From positions 1-64,000 of the IMG/VR virus record IMGVR_UViG_3300037067_002514: a stretch of 64,000 nt of DNA, one strand, 5' to 3'. Every line of letters begins with the position of its first letter. Within the stretch, counting starts at the first letter, position 1. Under the pieces are notes generated by a model. It did not search any database. It was not told where the DNA came from and worked only from the letters and a program-made list of their open reading frames with translations. Source of the DNA: a virus (Duplodnaviria; Caudoviricetes). This document shows, piece by piece, positions 8,394 through 18,078 of the stretch. The position numbers were made by a program, and so were the translations under genes.

Positions 8394-11300
8394 TTAAATA
8401 TCTTGGTCATTATCCTCTGTATCCTCATAATCTCCTTCATGGACTTCTGTCTCAGTAAATTTAAGGGTTAGATCATTAAACTCTAATTCAACTTTATCAG
8501 TAGTACTACCTTGTCTATTCTTAGCAATTATATAATAACCTTTATTCTTCTCTCTTACCTGAGTAATAGAGTTCCTACTTACTAGTATAACACTATCTGC
8601 AAAATTCTCCAAATCCCCACTATTATGTAAGAAGATATTATTTCCAATAAAGTTATGATGTTTTTCCATAGATAGGTCATAAACTAGCTCTTCACCAACA
8701 GGTTCTATAGAAACAATCTCTTCCCATAAAATATCACTATTAGCAAATATCTCTAAGATAGCGTCCTGAACTTTATTATTAACTGATCTTACAATGTCCC
8801 TTGAGACCTTACCTGTATTACCTATAGTGTTAGGGGATAAACTCTGCAAATACTCTGTTACCTCTTCTGGTAAATCTAATAAACTATCATATTTTTTATC
8901 TTCTGATATAGGTGCTAGCATAGAAGTACCTACTATATCACCTACTTTTAAGTATTCTAGTCTATTCCATTTTTCAGGTGTTAAAAATGGGTGATTATTA
9001 GTAACTGTAACTTCTTTTCCTGTTCTAGTAGTAACTTTAAATACTTTTCTCATTCCAGTACACCATACTTTATTCACAGTTAGAGGTACTACCCTCTGTA
9101 TCTGATTAGATGCTAATATCCTATCACCCTCTTTTATTGAATCTATCCTAGCAATAGAACCATCTTCTTTAATTACTTGAGTACTTCCTACAACACACTC
9201 CTTTAACATATTAATAGTTATATCCTCTTTTGAATCTAACTTTCTTCTAAGTTGACTTACTAGGATAGTAGCTATATTATTATCTTTTCCGAAAGCATAA
9301 AAGTCACCAGACATGTCTGTCATGGCTTTTTTAGGTTCACCATAATACTTAAGTTTTTGTAAATAATCAACTACTACTACATCAACTGGATGGTTAAACA
9401 TGTGCTTTCTTATACTGTTTATAATGTAAGAAGATGTCTGTACCCCTCTGTCTTCTACATATAAGTTATTACCATACTTACCTATGATATCCTTTATAAA
9501 CTTAGATGCCCTTGCTAATTCAGATGAGCCTATTGAACCTGCCTTCCAATCATCAATAGGTATATCACAACAAGAGCATATCATACGATCTACATACTCA
9601 TCCTTGTCAAGTTCAGGGGTAAATACCAGAATACTATGACCATGCTTTAATAGATTAGAAGTTATCCCCTGCGTAATGATACTATTATGTGTTATTAAGC
9701 CATTAGCTACATAATCATGAATAGTATCTACGGTTAAATCACAATACTCCCCACCTTTTACCTTCTCAATACTTACTATTCTATCTGCTACTTTTTCTAT
9801 ACCGTTGTATCTTTTTAGTCTTTTTAAATTCCTTTTACGTACTAAAGAGAAACCGATTGTATCGTGGAATAGATTATAGTACGCCCCATTTATCCATACC
9901 AAGTAGTATTTTACACCATTTATAGTCTTGGTATGTCTTTTAGAAAGAATACCAAAGTTAAGAAGTAATAGTTGTACTTCTTTTGATAATACCTCACTAG
10001 CTGTGGAGTATTCTACTAGGTTAGAAGAGTTATACCCGTCAGTATCAAAAATACCCCTAAGAAACTCTATTTGTGTTTCTCTATCGGATTCAAGGATAAC
10101 CTTGGGGACAGTCTTGGAGTTTGATCTTACACCTTCTGTAGGTATACCATAGGCATTAAGTAAGAACTCCCTAAAAGACCTTGAACAGATTGTTATAGTA
10201 ACACAGCCATTATCAGTTACTGTGTTCTCACTATAGCAAGGAAGGGGTGATTTAAAAGCATCAAGTAATTGCTTATCCCCTTTAGTAAAACTAACCCTAT
10301 CCCTTATAGATAACCCACCGTCACCAATAAGAAGACCTAACCAGTATGCATTTAGTATTCTTTTATTTCCAAAGGTATTATGTGAATCAGCGAAAAAAAC
10401 TTCATCCCCTATATTTAATTCCCTAGCTGGTTTCCAAGTACTGTGTTTTCTTACCCCATTTATTTTATGGATAATGCTATTAACCCCTACAGAAATAGAT
10501 TCCTCTTTTTCCCTAATACAATGAAGAGCCTTCTTTGCCATGCTATAAGAACACCCAAACTTTTCTGTTATACCCCTTATTGTACTTAGGGAATACTTAG
10601 TATTAGACCCAGTTAAAAACTTATGGTCTGGGGATGCTATTATTTCAAATCCGTATTCAGTGGTAATATGATACCCCTCATCAACCATAGTTCTATGTAT
10701 AGCAGAAACGATGTGAGTGTTACCTGAAGAAGTTTGAACATGATCCCCCACAAGTATACTAGATATCTTCTTTAAACCTCTACTGGTATATATTAGGGTA
10801 TCTGGATGGAGGCACTTGCCATGACTTGTTCCAGCACCAATAATACAGGTTCTTTTCTTAGCTATAGCCTTATATTTATCCATATAATAGAAACCTGTTT
10901 GTAGACCTAGGTAATCTTCTGGATTAGTCTTCCTATTCTCAAACCTTTTATAGGCATCAGTTAAGAGGGTATCTATACTAACTAGACCATGCTTATCCAG
11001 AGAGGAATCCATTACTACACTCTGTAATTCAGTAGCCATTTTAGCAATAGACTCTTCATCAAATTTATCTAAGCTCTTGAATCTATCCCCAATAACCTGA
11101 ACCCTACTTAGTCTATATTGTTCAAATACAAGTTTAGTGTATGCCTCTGCATACTTTAAATCAGTACCTTGGGGGGTGTTTAATACTCTAGTTAATTCCT
11201 CTGCCCCACCAATGTAATCCAGTACAGAGATATTGGTGTCCTTCTTATAGCTATCCTTAATCTTTGTTTTTTCACAAGCATTGGCAATCAAGTCAAGAGA

Positions 11301-11507
11301 AGCTATACCAGACTCTATCCTAACAGATAATATAACGGAGAATAATAGTTGATTCTTCTTTTTTGTAAAGTGTTCAGGACATAACCCACTCTGTGCAATG
11401 TAAGCAGCAGAAGAGTCTTCTTGCATAAATATACCTAGTAAAGCCTCTTCAACAGAATCATAAGACTCTGGTAGCTTTATAGCATCTACTTCGTTAACGT
11501 TTTCCAT
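8394..11507 (-). CDS. dnaB: DnaB-like replicative helicase with two inteins (about 468 aa spliced)
   Basis: GLQTGF..D, Walker A GAGTSHGK|S, VVVVDYLQ, LVSQLRR, LKE|SGDLENFAD, IIAKNRQG. Confidence 0.95.
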   Translation of the reverse strand: MENVNEVDAIKLPESYDSVEEALLGIFMQEDSSAAYIAQSGLCPEHFTKKKNQLLFSVILSVRIESGIASLDLIANACEKTKIKDSYKKDTNISVLDYIGGAEELTRVLNTPQGTDLKYAEAYTKLVFEQYRLSRVQVIGDRFKSLDKFDEESIAKMATELQSVVMDSSLDKHGLVSIDTLLTDAYKRFENRKTNPEDYLGLQTGFYYMDKYKAIAKKRTCIIGAGTSHGKCLHPDTLIYTSRGLKKISSILVGDHVQTSSGNTHIVSAIHRTMVDEGYHITTEYGFEIIASPDHKFLTGSNTKYSLSTIRGITEKFGCSYSMAKKALHCIREKEESISVGVNSIIHKINGVRKHSTWKPARELNIGDEVFFADSHNTFGNKRILNAYWLGLLIGDGGLSIRDRVSFTKGDKQLLDAFKSPLPCYSENTVTDNGCVTITICSRSFREFLLNAYGIPTEGVRSNSKTVPKVILESDRETQIEFLRGIFDTDGYNSSNLVEYSTASEVLSKEVQLLLLNFGILSKRHTKTINGVKYYLVWINGAYYNLFHDTIGFSLVRKRNLKRLKRYNGIEKVADRIVSIEKVKGGEYCDLTVDTIHDYVANGLITHNSIITQGITSNLLKHGHSILVFTPELDKDEYVDRMICSCCDIPIDDWKAGSIGSSELARASKFIKDIIGKYGNNLYVEDRGVQTSSYIINSIRKHMFNHPVDVVVVDYLQKLKYYGEPKKAMTDMSGDFYAFGKDNNIATILVSQLRRKLDSKEDITINMLKECVVGSTQVIKEDGSIARIDSIKEGDRILASNQIQRVVPLTVNKVWCTGMRKVFKVTTRTGKEVTVTNNHPFLTPEKWNRLEYLKVGDIVGTSMLAPISEDKKYDSLLDLPEEVTEYLQSLSPNTIGNTGKVSRDIVRSVNNKVQDAILEIFANSDILWEEIVSIEPVGEELVYDLSMEKHHNFIGNNIFLHNSGDLENFADSVILVSRNSITQVREKNKGYYIIAKNRQGSTTDKVELEFNDLTLKFTETEVHEGDYEDTEDNDQDI
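8622..9197 (-). mobile_element. Intein 4, mini-intein (192 aa, no intact endonuclease) at the DnaB LKE|SG site
   Basis: KE|CVVGSTQV...VTNNHPFL...VYDLSMEKHHNFIGNNIFLHN|SG; same site as the well-known cyanobacterial DnaB intein (LRE|SG). Confidence 0.93.
9684..10814 (-). mobile_element. Intein 3 (377 aa) with LAGLIDADG endonuclease, in the DnaB P-loop
   Basis: GK|CLHPDT...ANGLITHN|S; blocks GLLIGDG and RGIFDTDG. Confidence 0.95.
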
Positions 11508-12483
11508 AATCCTTCCTTTGTGCAGAGTATAAATAATCCTCTATGGTTATAGCACCTTTGATAGCCCATTTCAAGGCATCAATACCACCATCTAGTATAA
11601 GAGAATCTATATCAATTTTATCTTTCCCCCTATAAAAAGGTAATAAAGCTATCCTTATATCTGGTAATTTATCCTTCAAGTACATAACTTGATTATATGC
11701 TGGTGTAAACCTAAAGGGTACTCTCTCCCTATCTGGAATAAGCACTACTCTCTTATCCCTTAACTGCTTAGTCCATGAATCATCCCAAATACTAATTCCA
11801 GGTGTAGCCACTATAGGAATACCATACTGACTAGCTAGTATAGCTTTAAATTCACCCTCAGTAACAACAACTGTATCACTATAATCTATTATATCATGGT
11901 TAAACATAAAAAGCGAGCCTCTAGCTTTCCTGCTTCCCCTTAAACTCATATACTTAGGTGTATCGTCCTTGTAGTATATGCCCTCTGATACCCTTCCCCT
12001 AATATCTGTAACCATTTTATTATAGATATATGGAATAGTAATTCTATTACATAGACAGGGATAATTACCCTTTATTATACCAGAACTCTCAGCTATGTCA
12101 CTAGAGTATTCTTCAAAATAATCTGTAGGACAAAATCCCAGTTTAAACCTTTGTATGGTTTCCTCAGTCAATCCCCTCTTTTTAAGGTATTCTATTGCTA
12201 GGTGTACACTATCATTATACTTACTAGATACAGAAGTGTATAGTTCTCTTACTTTATCTACATCTAATTCTGGTTCTTTCTTTACCTCTAATTCTATAGA
12301 ACACTCTACCAGTAACTTCCCGTTTTCCCCACACCTAAAACAGTTCCAACATCCTTTTACTACATTAAATCCAGCGTCTTCTGCATTACATATGGGACAC
12401 TTTCCCTGTACTTCACCATTCCCACGATCTCTTATTCTTAAGTTTTCAAATAATTCCTTACTTATGTTGAACATTTCTTGCAC
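11494..12483 (-). CDS. dnaG: DNA primase (Zn finger + TOPRIM)
   Basis: CPIC...CFRCG, YLKKRG, FKLGF, RITIPY, GR, PKY, VVVTEGEFKA, LIPD. Confidence 0.85.
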   Translation of the reverse strand: MQEMFNISKELFENLRIRDRGNGEVQGKCPICNAEDAGFNVVKGCWNCFRCGENGKLLVECSIELEVKKEPELDVDKVRELYTSVSSKYNDSVHLAIEYLKKRGLTEETIQRFKLGFCPTDYFEEYSSDIAESSGIIKGNYPCLCNRITIPYIYNKMVTDIRGRVSEGIYYKDDTPKYMSLRGSRKARGSLFMFNHDIIDYSDTVVVTEGEFKAILASQYGIPIVATPGISIWDDSWTKQLRDKRVVLIPDRERVPFRFTPAYNQVMYLKDKLPDIRIALLPFYRGKDKIDIDSLILDGGIDALKWAIKGAITIEDYLYSAQRKDYGKR

Positions 12484-12941
12484 TTTACTTCATTTGGTTT
12501 AAGAATCTTTCCGCATTCACAAAAGCGTAGGTTAAAGTTAAAGGGATTATACTTCTTTACTTCATCTGTAGAGCATACTTTTACTTTATGTTTTCTTTTA
12601 GGTTCCCTATAGAATACTGGTTTATCCTCCCTACCATTTCTCCAAGTATTATAAACTACCTTCCTTAAGTAACCTCTAATAGCATAGGGGTCTTGAATTT
12701 CCTTTTGAGGTATAGACCATAATACTAGGATAGCATCAAAAACTGTAGCTATATCTGTCTTAGTTATGAGATCACATATCTCTGATTCACTCATTGATAT
12801 ATTGGCAAACTCTATCATGCACTGCTTTATTTGGTTAACTACTTGCATCCTATCTGGTATAGATAGGGCATCCCAATTCTTATCAGCACCTACTAAATTC
12901 CACCAATAATCAAACCCATGAGACTTATCATCTAAAGACAT
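12462..12941 (-). CDS. Hypothetical replication-module protein with C-terminal Zn ribbon
   Basis: CECG...CKKC at the C-terminus; lies between the SSB-like gene and primase. Confidence 0.7.
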   Translation of the reverse strand: MSLDDKSHGFDYWWNLVGADKNWDALSIPDRMQVVNQIKQCMIEFANISMSESEICDLITKTDIATVFDAILVLWSIPQKEIQDPYAIRGYLRKVVYNTWRNGREDKPVFYREPKRKHKVKVCSTDEVKKYNPFNFNLRFCECGKILKPNEVKCKKCST

Positions 12942-12949
12942 ATAACCAC

Positions 12950-13651
12950 CTATTTAGCTACATTATAATAATCTTCCCCATCAAGTATCTTATTAACCAT
13001 ATAACTAGGTAGTGGTTTAGTAACCTCACTTAGGGGAAGTATCTTACTACTCCAGTCTACACCTAAAATAGAGGATATGTCAAGCTTTTCTTCTGGTCTG
13101 GGGATAAGCATATAATTTATATTATCCTTACTTCCCCCTAGTGGTAGTGTTGCTGTTACTTTTATATCATAATTAGTTACACTACCCAATTTCATAACAT
13201 CCTCAAATCTAATAAGCTGTCCTAGGATTGACCTTGCATCCTCAGAGGCTGCTTTTTGTAGTATTTTTACTTCATTTAAAGGCTCTGGTACCTTAGTAGA
13301 TAAATCAGCACCACACTCACACTTATCTGGATACCATTTATTAACCTCAAAGTAATACTTACCACATTCACACTTCCTTACTAGAGTCCTATCTAATACC
13401 CTAGCATAGAACAGCTTATGGTTCTCTGATTTATTATTGGGGTCTACTTCATTTTTATTATGCTCACAAATAGTACAACCCCATCCAGAACAAATAAAGG
13501 ACATCCCTTTTCCCGCATTAACCTTGGGGAATTTAGGGTGTCCTGATCTAATCCAATGTGACCATACAATTACTGGGGTATCATCTAATACTCTTATAGT
13601 GGAAGGGTGTTTTGTTGTCAAACTAAGAAAATCTTTACTATATAAAATCAA
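12950..13651 (-). CDS. Putative single-stranded DNA-binding protein (gp32-like, Zn-binding)
   Basis: TTG start with AGGAGAGG SD; H..C....C.IC, RVLDRT, YDIKV pattern and replication context. The function is inferred. Confidence 0.5.
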   Translation of the reverse strand: MILYSKDFLSLTTKHPSTIRVLDDTPVIVWSHWIRSGHPKFPKVNAGKGMSFICSGWGCTICEHNKNEVDPNNKSENHKLFYARVLDRTLVRKCECGKYYFEVNKWYPDKCECGADLSTKVPEPLNEVKILQKAASEDARSILGQLIRFEDVMKLGSVTNYDIKVTATLPLGGSKDNINYMLIPRPEEKLDISSILGVDWSSKILPLSEVTKPLPSYMVNKILDGEDYYNVAK

Positions 13652-13679
13652 CTTCCTCTCCTTTAATATACTCTACCTA

Positions 13680-13709
13680 ATTATACCATAAAATCTAGTC
13701 TTTTGTCAA
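13680..13709 (-). promoter_or_regulatory. Consensus sigma70/sigmaA promoter with extended -10
   Basis: TTGACA (13709-13704), 18 nt, TATAAT (13685-13680) preceded by TGG; upstream of the SSB-like gene. Confidence 0.8.
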
Positions 13710-13889
13710 TAGACTATCTTCTTTTTCAATCTCTTTAAGCTCTTTTAGAGCACCCTCTAGTCTATATGCTTGAATCATGACATTATCTTTTTCTCTCTCT
13801 AGTTGTTGTATGGTACTATTTATCTGGTTTACTTTACTAACTAGATTCTCTAAGTCTACTTTAACTCTACTTATCCTGTCTTTTATCAT
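13695..13889 (-). CDS. Small coiled-coil protein (about 64 aa)
   Basis: Start reassigned to ATG 13889 (SD GGAGAGG); heptad-like sequence. Confidence 0.7.
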   Translation of the reverse strand: MIKDRISRVKVDLENLVSKVNQINSTIQQLEREKDNVMIQAYRLEGALKELKEIEKEDSLLTKD

Positions 13890-13898
13890 CACCTCTCC

Positions 13899-13926
13899 AT
13901 TATACATTAATATAATACTTTGTCAA
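13899..13926 (-). promoter_or_regulatory. Consensus sigma70/sigmaA promoter at the start of the replication module
   Basis: TTGACA (13926-13921), 16 nt, TATAAT (13904-13899), directly after the stop of the last virion gene. Confidence 0.75.
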
Positions 13927-14979
13927 CTATTGGAAGTCACCACCATCTACTGAATCCCCATCTATCCCATGACCAGCACCTATTCTGTATTTATAACCAT
14001 TAGAGGACATTATCATTAGACAAGTTTCATCAAAACTATTACTTACCCAGATTTTACCCCACTGAGATACATCCTTAGTGTAAGCTAGGGTGTAATACTT
14101 TAAGTAAGATGTCCCCTTTATATAAGTTAACTCCCCTGCACCCTCATAATAATCCTCCTCAGAAACATAGTAAGAGCCAGCGTGATACGGATTTCCAAAT
14201 CTATCCCCATATTTAGTTCTTCTAATATCCCCATACTCGTCACAGTAGAATATTAAACCATCCATACCCTCCTCTAACCATATCATACCAGGTTCTATAA
14301 TTCTACCTTCATAAGGACTAAACGTTTCCCCATCATGCCCCACTATAATCTTTCTTCTTTGGGGGCATATAAAACAAATATGTTCACCCTCTACCCATAT
14401 TTTTCCTACATCCTGCGTTGTATACACTTTACCTATATCAGGAAAGTTAGATATTACAACCAAGATATCTGATTCATGTAAAAGTTCACCATAATATTCA
14501 AACTCGTCACCACTAGCCACATAAAATTTAATATTAATATTATAAAGACCGTTACTGTATATCTCTTTAATCCCAAAGGCATCCTTAATACCTATACCAT
14601 ACCAAAAATAATTATCTGGTTCACTTAACGGGAAAAGATACCAATTGTCCATAAATACTATTGAGCCAGGGAGTGTGATGGTAAGGTTCATGTATATATT
14701 ATCAGACTTTGAGTCTATTCCAGCATAAACCATAAACACCTCTTGACCATATTTATACCCTGTAAGGTCTATATTGTACACATAAGTCCCGTTTACTTCC
14801 TCATAAGGAAACACCCTATAGGCACTAGTATCATATTTATGAGAGGTTAAAAACGCATCCCAAGTATGAGAACCATCTAAGGTATTTCCAGTAGGATTAA
14901 AAGAATGTTTACCCCAAAGGTAGTATCCAGCAGAACTACTTTCTACCCCTTCAGATATATAAGTATTAAAATAGGACAT
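13927..14979 (-). CDS. Hypothetical virion/tail-associated protein
   Basis: 350 aa, Tyr/Gly-rich, last gene of the tail cluster; no family recognised. Confidence 0.6.
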   Translation of the reverse strand: MSYFNTYISEGVESSSAGYYLWGKHSFNPTGNTLDGSHTWDAFLTSHKYDTSAYRVFPYEEVNGTYVYNIDLTGYKYGQEVFMVYAGIDSKSDNIYMNLTITLPGSIVFMDNWYLFPLSEPDNYFWYGIGIKDAFGIKEIYSNGLYNINIKFYVASGDEFEYYGELLHESDILVVISNFPDIGKVYTTQDVGKIWVEGEHICFICPQRRKIIVGHDGETFSPYEGRIIEPGMIWLEEGMDGLIFYCDEYGDIRRTKYGDRFGNPYHAGSYYVSEEDYYEGAGELTYIKGTSYLKYYTLAYTKDVSQWGKIWVSNSFDETCLMIMSSNGYKYRIGAGHGIDGDSVDGGDFQ

Positions 14980-14992
14980 AATCCCCCTCCCC

Positions 14993-16552
14993 TTATATCA
15001 TATTCATTCCAACAGGTAACTTAAAAGAGTTTTGTGCAATAACTTTACCAACTAACCTTACCTCAGTATTATTTGAGACAGTTCCTATATATATTTTACT
15101 TTTATTGTTAAAATTAGGGTAAGACTGTATAAACATAACCCTAGATCCATCTAATTGTTCAGAAGCATACATGGTTCCCATTTTATCCCCATCAGAGGTA
15201 CAAAAGAATATCCCACCATTTTTATTAATAGTTATTTCACTATCAGATAAAACAATAGAATTACTGTTAGACCTCAACGAGCCATTAGCATCTACAGAAA
15301 AAGTTATGTTACTATCTGAATCCTGTATTACAAACTTATTACCAGTACCACCAGTTATTATTATACCATCAGTTGCACTTAGTTCAACCCCTTCAGTTAC
15401 TCTTAATACCCCGTTTAAAGTAGTACTAGATGATAGATTAATATTTCCTGCTGCAATATCTGTTTCAAGGTCAATTAATGCCCCATCTTTAGCAGATACC
15501 CAATTAATACCATCAAAGATATACGTGTAATTATTTGATAAATCTATCCAGTAATCCCCCTCAATATGACTTAATGGTTGTGAATAAGACCTAGTAATTT
15601 TATTCTTTGAATTCCATAAATCCTTTTCCTCCTGAGTTAAAGGTTCTGTACCTAATATTTGGTACATAGCAGATACATTTAATCCATCAGCAGTAAGATA
15701 TGAATTAGCAAATATTTTAAGGTATTGACCCTCTGTACCTAGAGAATCTAAATCAGTACTAGAACAAGCTGTCCATGTAATTGGTGAAATAGAAGTACAC
15801 CTATAGAGTATATTTTCTATAAACCCATTTTCTGTTTTAGTGCATAACCATAAATCATCTACTTCTGGGTCTATTGGTGGTTCATCTGACTTAGTAATCG
15901 CATAATCTGAAATATTAAAACTAAGTTTATCTGCTGTTATTTCCCCTGCTTTTATATGACGAGCCTCTATAGAATCAGACATTATATGCTCTGCTAGGAT
16001 AGAATTAGCACTTATTGATACTGCATTTAGTATGGGTATTCTAGCCCCATAATGTATTATAAGGGCTTTACCGCTGGTATTTATTACCCACTCATTATTA
16101 GCTACACTATATGTACAGGAAGGTCTAGCCATGAATATTAATATCTTTGAACCACCTACAGCCTCTGAATAATTCAAAGTATGTTGTAGTGTAGTATTCC
16201 CCCAATCTACATAAAAATAATGGTCTACCAATTCAGTGATATCATATCCACTATTACATATAATTTCTTGAGTTCTTCCATCTGCTATTTGTATTGTAGC
16301 ATTTGCTATCCCTTCTATATCTGTTAAAGCCCCTTTACCCCATGCTATAGTATCTTCATCAATGGGATACGCTTCTAAATCTGTAGTATATGTTTCATAC
16401 CCACAATCTAATGGACTAAGTGAACCGCCTATTATCTTTCCTGTAGATGTTTTACTCAGATCAAGTTTCTTTTCTGTAGAAAAGGAATATATACTATCCT
16501 TTATCTCTTTTCTTATAAAATCAATTAGCTGTTTGTATTCGTAGTTTTCCAT
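14993..16552 (-). CDS. Putative tail fibre/central-spike-like protein
   Basis: ISANSILAEHI..DSIEARHIKAGEITADKL repeat and PEVDDLW / IEGDYWID motifs common in phage tail proteins. Confidence 0.6.
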   Translation of the reverse strand: MENYEYKQLIDFIRKEIKDSIYSFSTEKKLDLSKTSTGKIIGGSLSPLDCGYETYTTDLEAYPIDEDTIAWGKGALTDIEGIANATIQIADGRTQEIICNSGYDITELVDHYFYVDWGNTTLQHTLNYSEAVGGSKILIFMARPSCTYSVANNEWVINTSGKALIIHYGARIPILNAVSISANSILAEHIMSDSIEARHIKAGEITADKLSFNISDYAITKSDEPPIDPEVDDLWLCTKTENGFIENILYRCTSISPITWTACSSTDLDSLGTEGQYLKIFANSYLTADGLNVSAMYQILGTEPLTQEEKDLWNSKNKITRSYSQPLSHIEGDYWIDLSNNYTYIFDGINWVSAKDGALIDLETDIAAGNINLSSSTTLNGVLRVTEGVELSATDGIIITGGTGNKFVIQDSDSNITFSVDANGSLRSNSNSIVLSDSEITINKNGGIFFCTSDGDKMGTMYASEQLDGSRVMFIQSYPNFNNKSKIYIGTVSNNTEVRLVGKVIAQNSFKLPVGMNMI

Positions 16553-18069
16553 TATGCTTTCTTTCCTATTGCTAAGTCTTTTATTGAAATACCACTTTTA
16601 ATTTGATGTGCAGACCTACCCCAATCACTAGTATAGTATATTCCATCTGCTGTTCCTATATAGCATAGCTGTGAGTATTGATCAGGTTCTAGAACATATA
16701 TAGAACTTGATAAATCAATTCCCTCTCTATACATAAATTTCTCACCTGAATCCCTTAAATTATAATATAAAGAACTTCCATTTCCTATTATGGATTCCTT
16801 AACATTGTTAACACCAAAGGCAATACCCTTTGAGTCTGCTGGTACCCCTAGGCACTCTAACCAAACTACCCCAAAATCTACACTTCTATAGACTTTAGTA
16901 GTAGTTACTACCTGTATAATATCCTTCCATACCCATGCACCTGTTATTGAACCATCAATTGCTTTATAACTAAAGTGTATACCATCTGTAGTAAAGTATA
17001 TCCTGCTACTAGTAGTTATAATTACCTTATTAGAATTTACATCACTTCCCCTTATAAATGTTATATAAGCATCTAAGGATAAAACTGGTGACATTGCAGG
17101 TAATCTACTTATTGTACCCCTATATACATCACCATTAGATAAGCCTATCCAAGTTAAAGCTGTAGAAGGGTAGTCTAATAAGTTCTTTACCCTATCCATG
17201 TAAATAGCTGAAACTTGACCATCAAACGTAGCTACTAATTCCTTTACCAAAACACCAGCAGTTGTATAGTAAATTCTCCACACATTACCAGATTCAGTAC
17301 CAGCTAAGAATACGTCTGATTTACTATCAGAGTCTACACATAGAACATTAGATGCAGTTGTTGGGGTACCTGTTGAGTACTCTATTCTAATTATAGGTCT
17401 ATAGTATATAGTAGATTCCGTATAATCTTCTGGTACTTCATCGCCTTTAACCAGACTTCCAGCACCATATATTAGAACTGAACTTTTCTCTTCATAATCT
17501 GTTAATACTACTCTTGAAAACGAATACTCTGGTGGTTGTGTAATACTAGGGGCTATCTTTATTGGAAACATAGTTAAACCAAAATCAATAGAGTCTTTAA
17601 ATTCACTAGTTATATCTAATCCTAACCACACACCATTAGCATATAATGAACTAAGATATTCTATTTCCCCTAGATCATCTATCTTAAACCATGATGGTGT
17701 GGTTCTATCATCTTCATCAAGAGTAACAGTAGGAAAGGTAGTTACCGTCTCATCAGGTTTAGTAAATATATCTATAGTATTATCACTTGAACCTTCAGAA
17801 TTAAATCCCTTAATCCTAAAATATACCTTTACACTAGTAATATTACTACTCAGGATACTAGGTATATTAAAGTAAATAAATGAGGTAAAGTAAGAACGAT
17901 AATACCTAAAGCTACCAGTATAAACTACTGAATTCATGCATTCATACCCACACTTAAGTATATCTTGCTCTGGGATAACTTCTGTTACATCATTACCCTC
18001 ACTATCTTTATATATGTATATTGTTCCACCTTTTGAATCATAAACTGGATAAATCCACTCAACTGCCAT
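16552..18069 (-). CDS. Putative tail-tip protein with C-terminal beta-propeller-like repeats
   Basis: Repeats such as LAGTESGNVW, WIGLSNGDVY, YFTTDG, YRSVDFG and YYTSDWG (BNR/Asp-box-like). Confidence 0.6.
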   Translation of the reverse strand: MAVEWIYPVYDSKGGTIYIYKDSEGNDVTEVIPEQDILKCGYECMNSVVYTGSFRYYRSYFTSFIYFNIPSILSSNITSVKVYFRIKGFNSEGSSDNTIDIFTKPDETVTTFPTVTLDEDDRTTPSWFKIDDLGEIEYLSSLYANGVWLGLDITSEFKDSIDFGLTMFPIKIAPSITQPPEYSFSRVVLTDYEEKSSVLIYGAGSLVKGDEVPEDYTESTIYYRPIIRIEYSTGTPTTASNVLCVDSDSKSDVFLAGTESGNVWRIYYTTAGVLVKELVATFDGQVSAIYMDRVKNLLDYPSTALTWIGLSNGDVYRGTISRLPAMSPVLSLDAYITFIRGSDVNSNKVIITTSSRIYFTTDGIHFSYKAIDGSITGAWVWKDIIQVVTTTKVYRSVDFGVVWLECLGVPADSKGIAFGVNNVKESIIGNGSSLYYNLRDSGEKFMYREGIDLSSSIYVLEPDQYSQLCYIGTADGIYYTSDWGRSAHQIKSGISIKDLAIGKKA

Positions 18070-18078
18070 TATACTCTC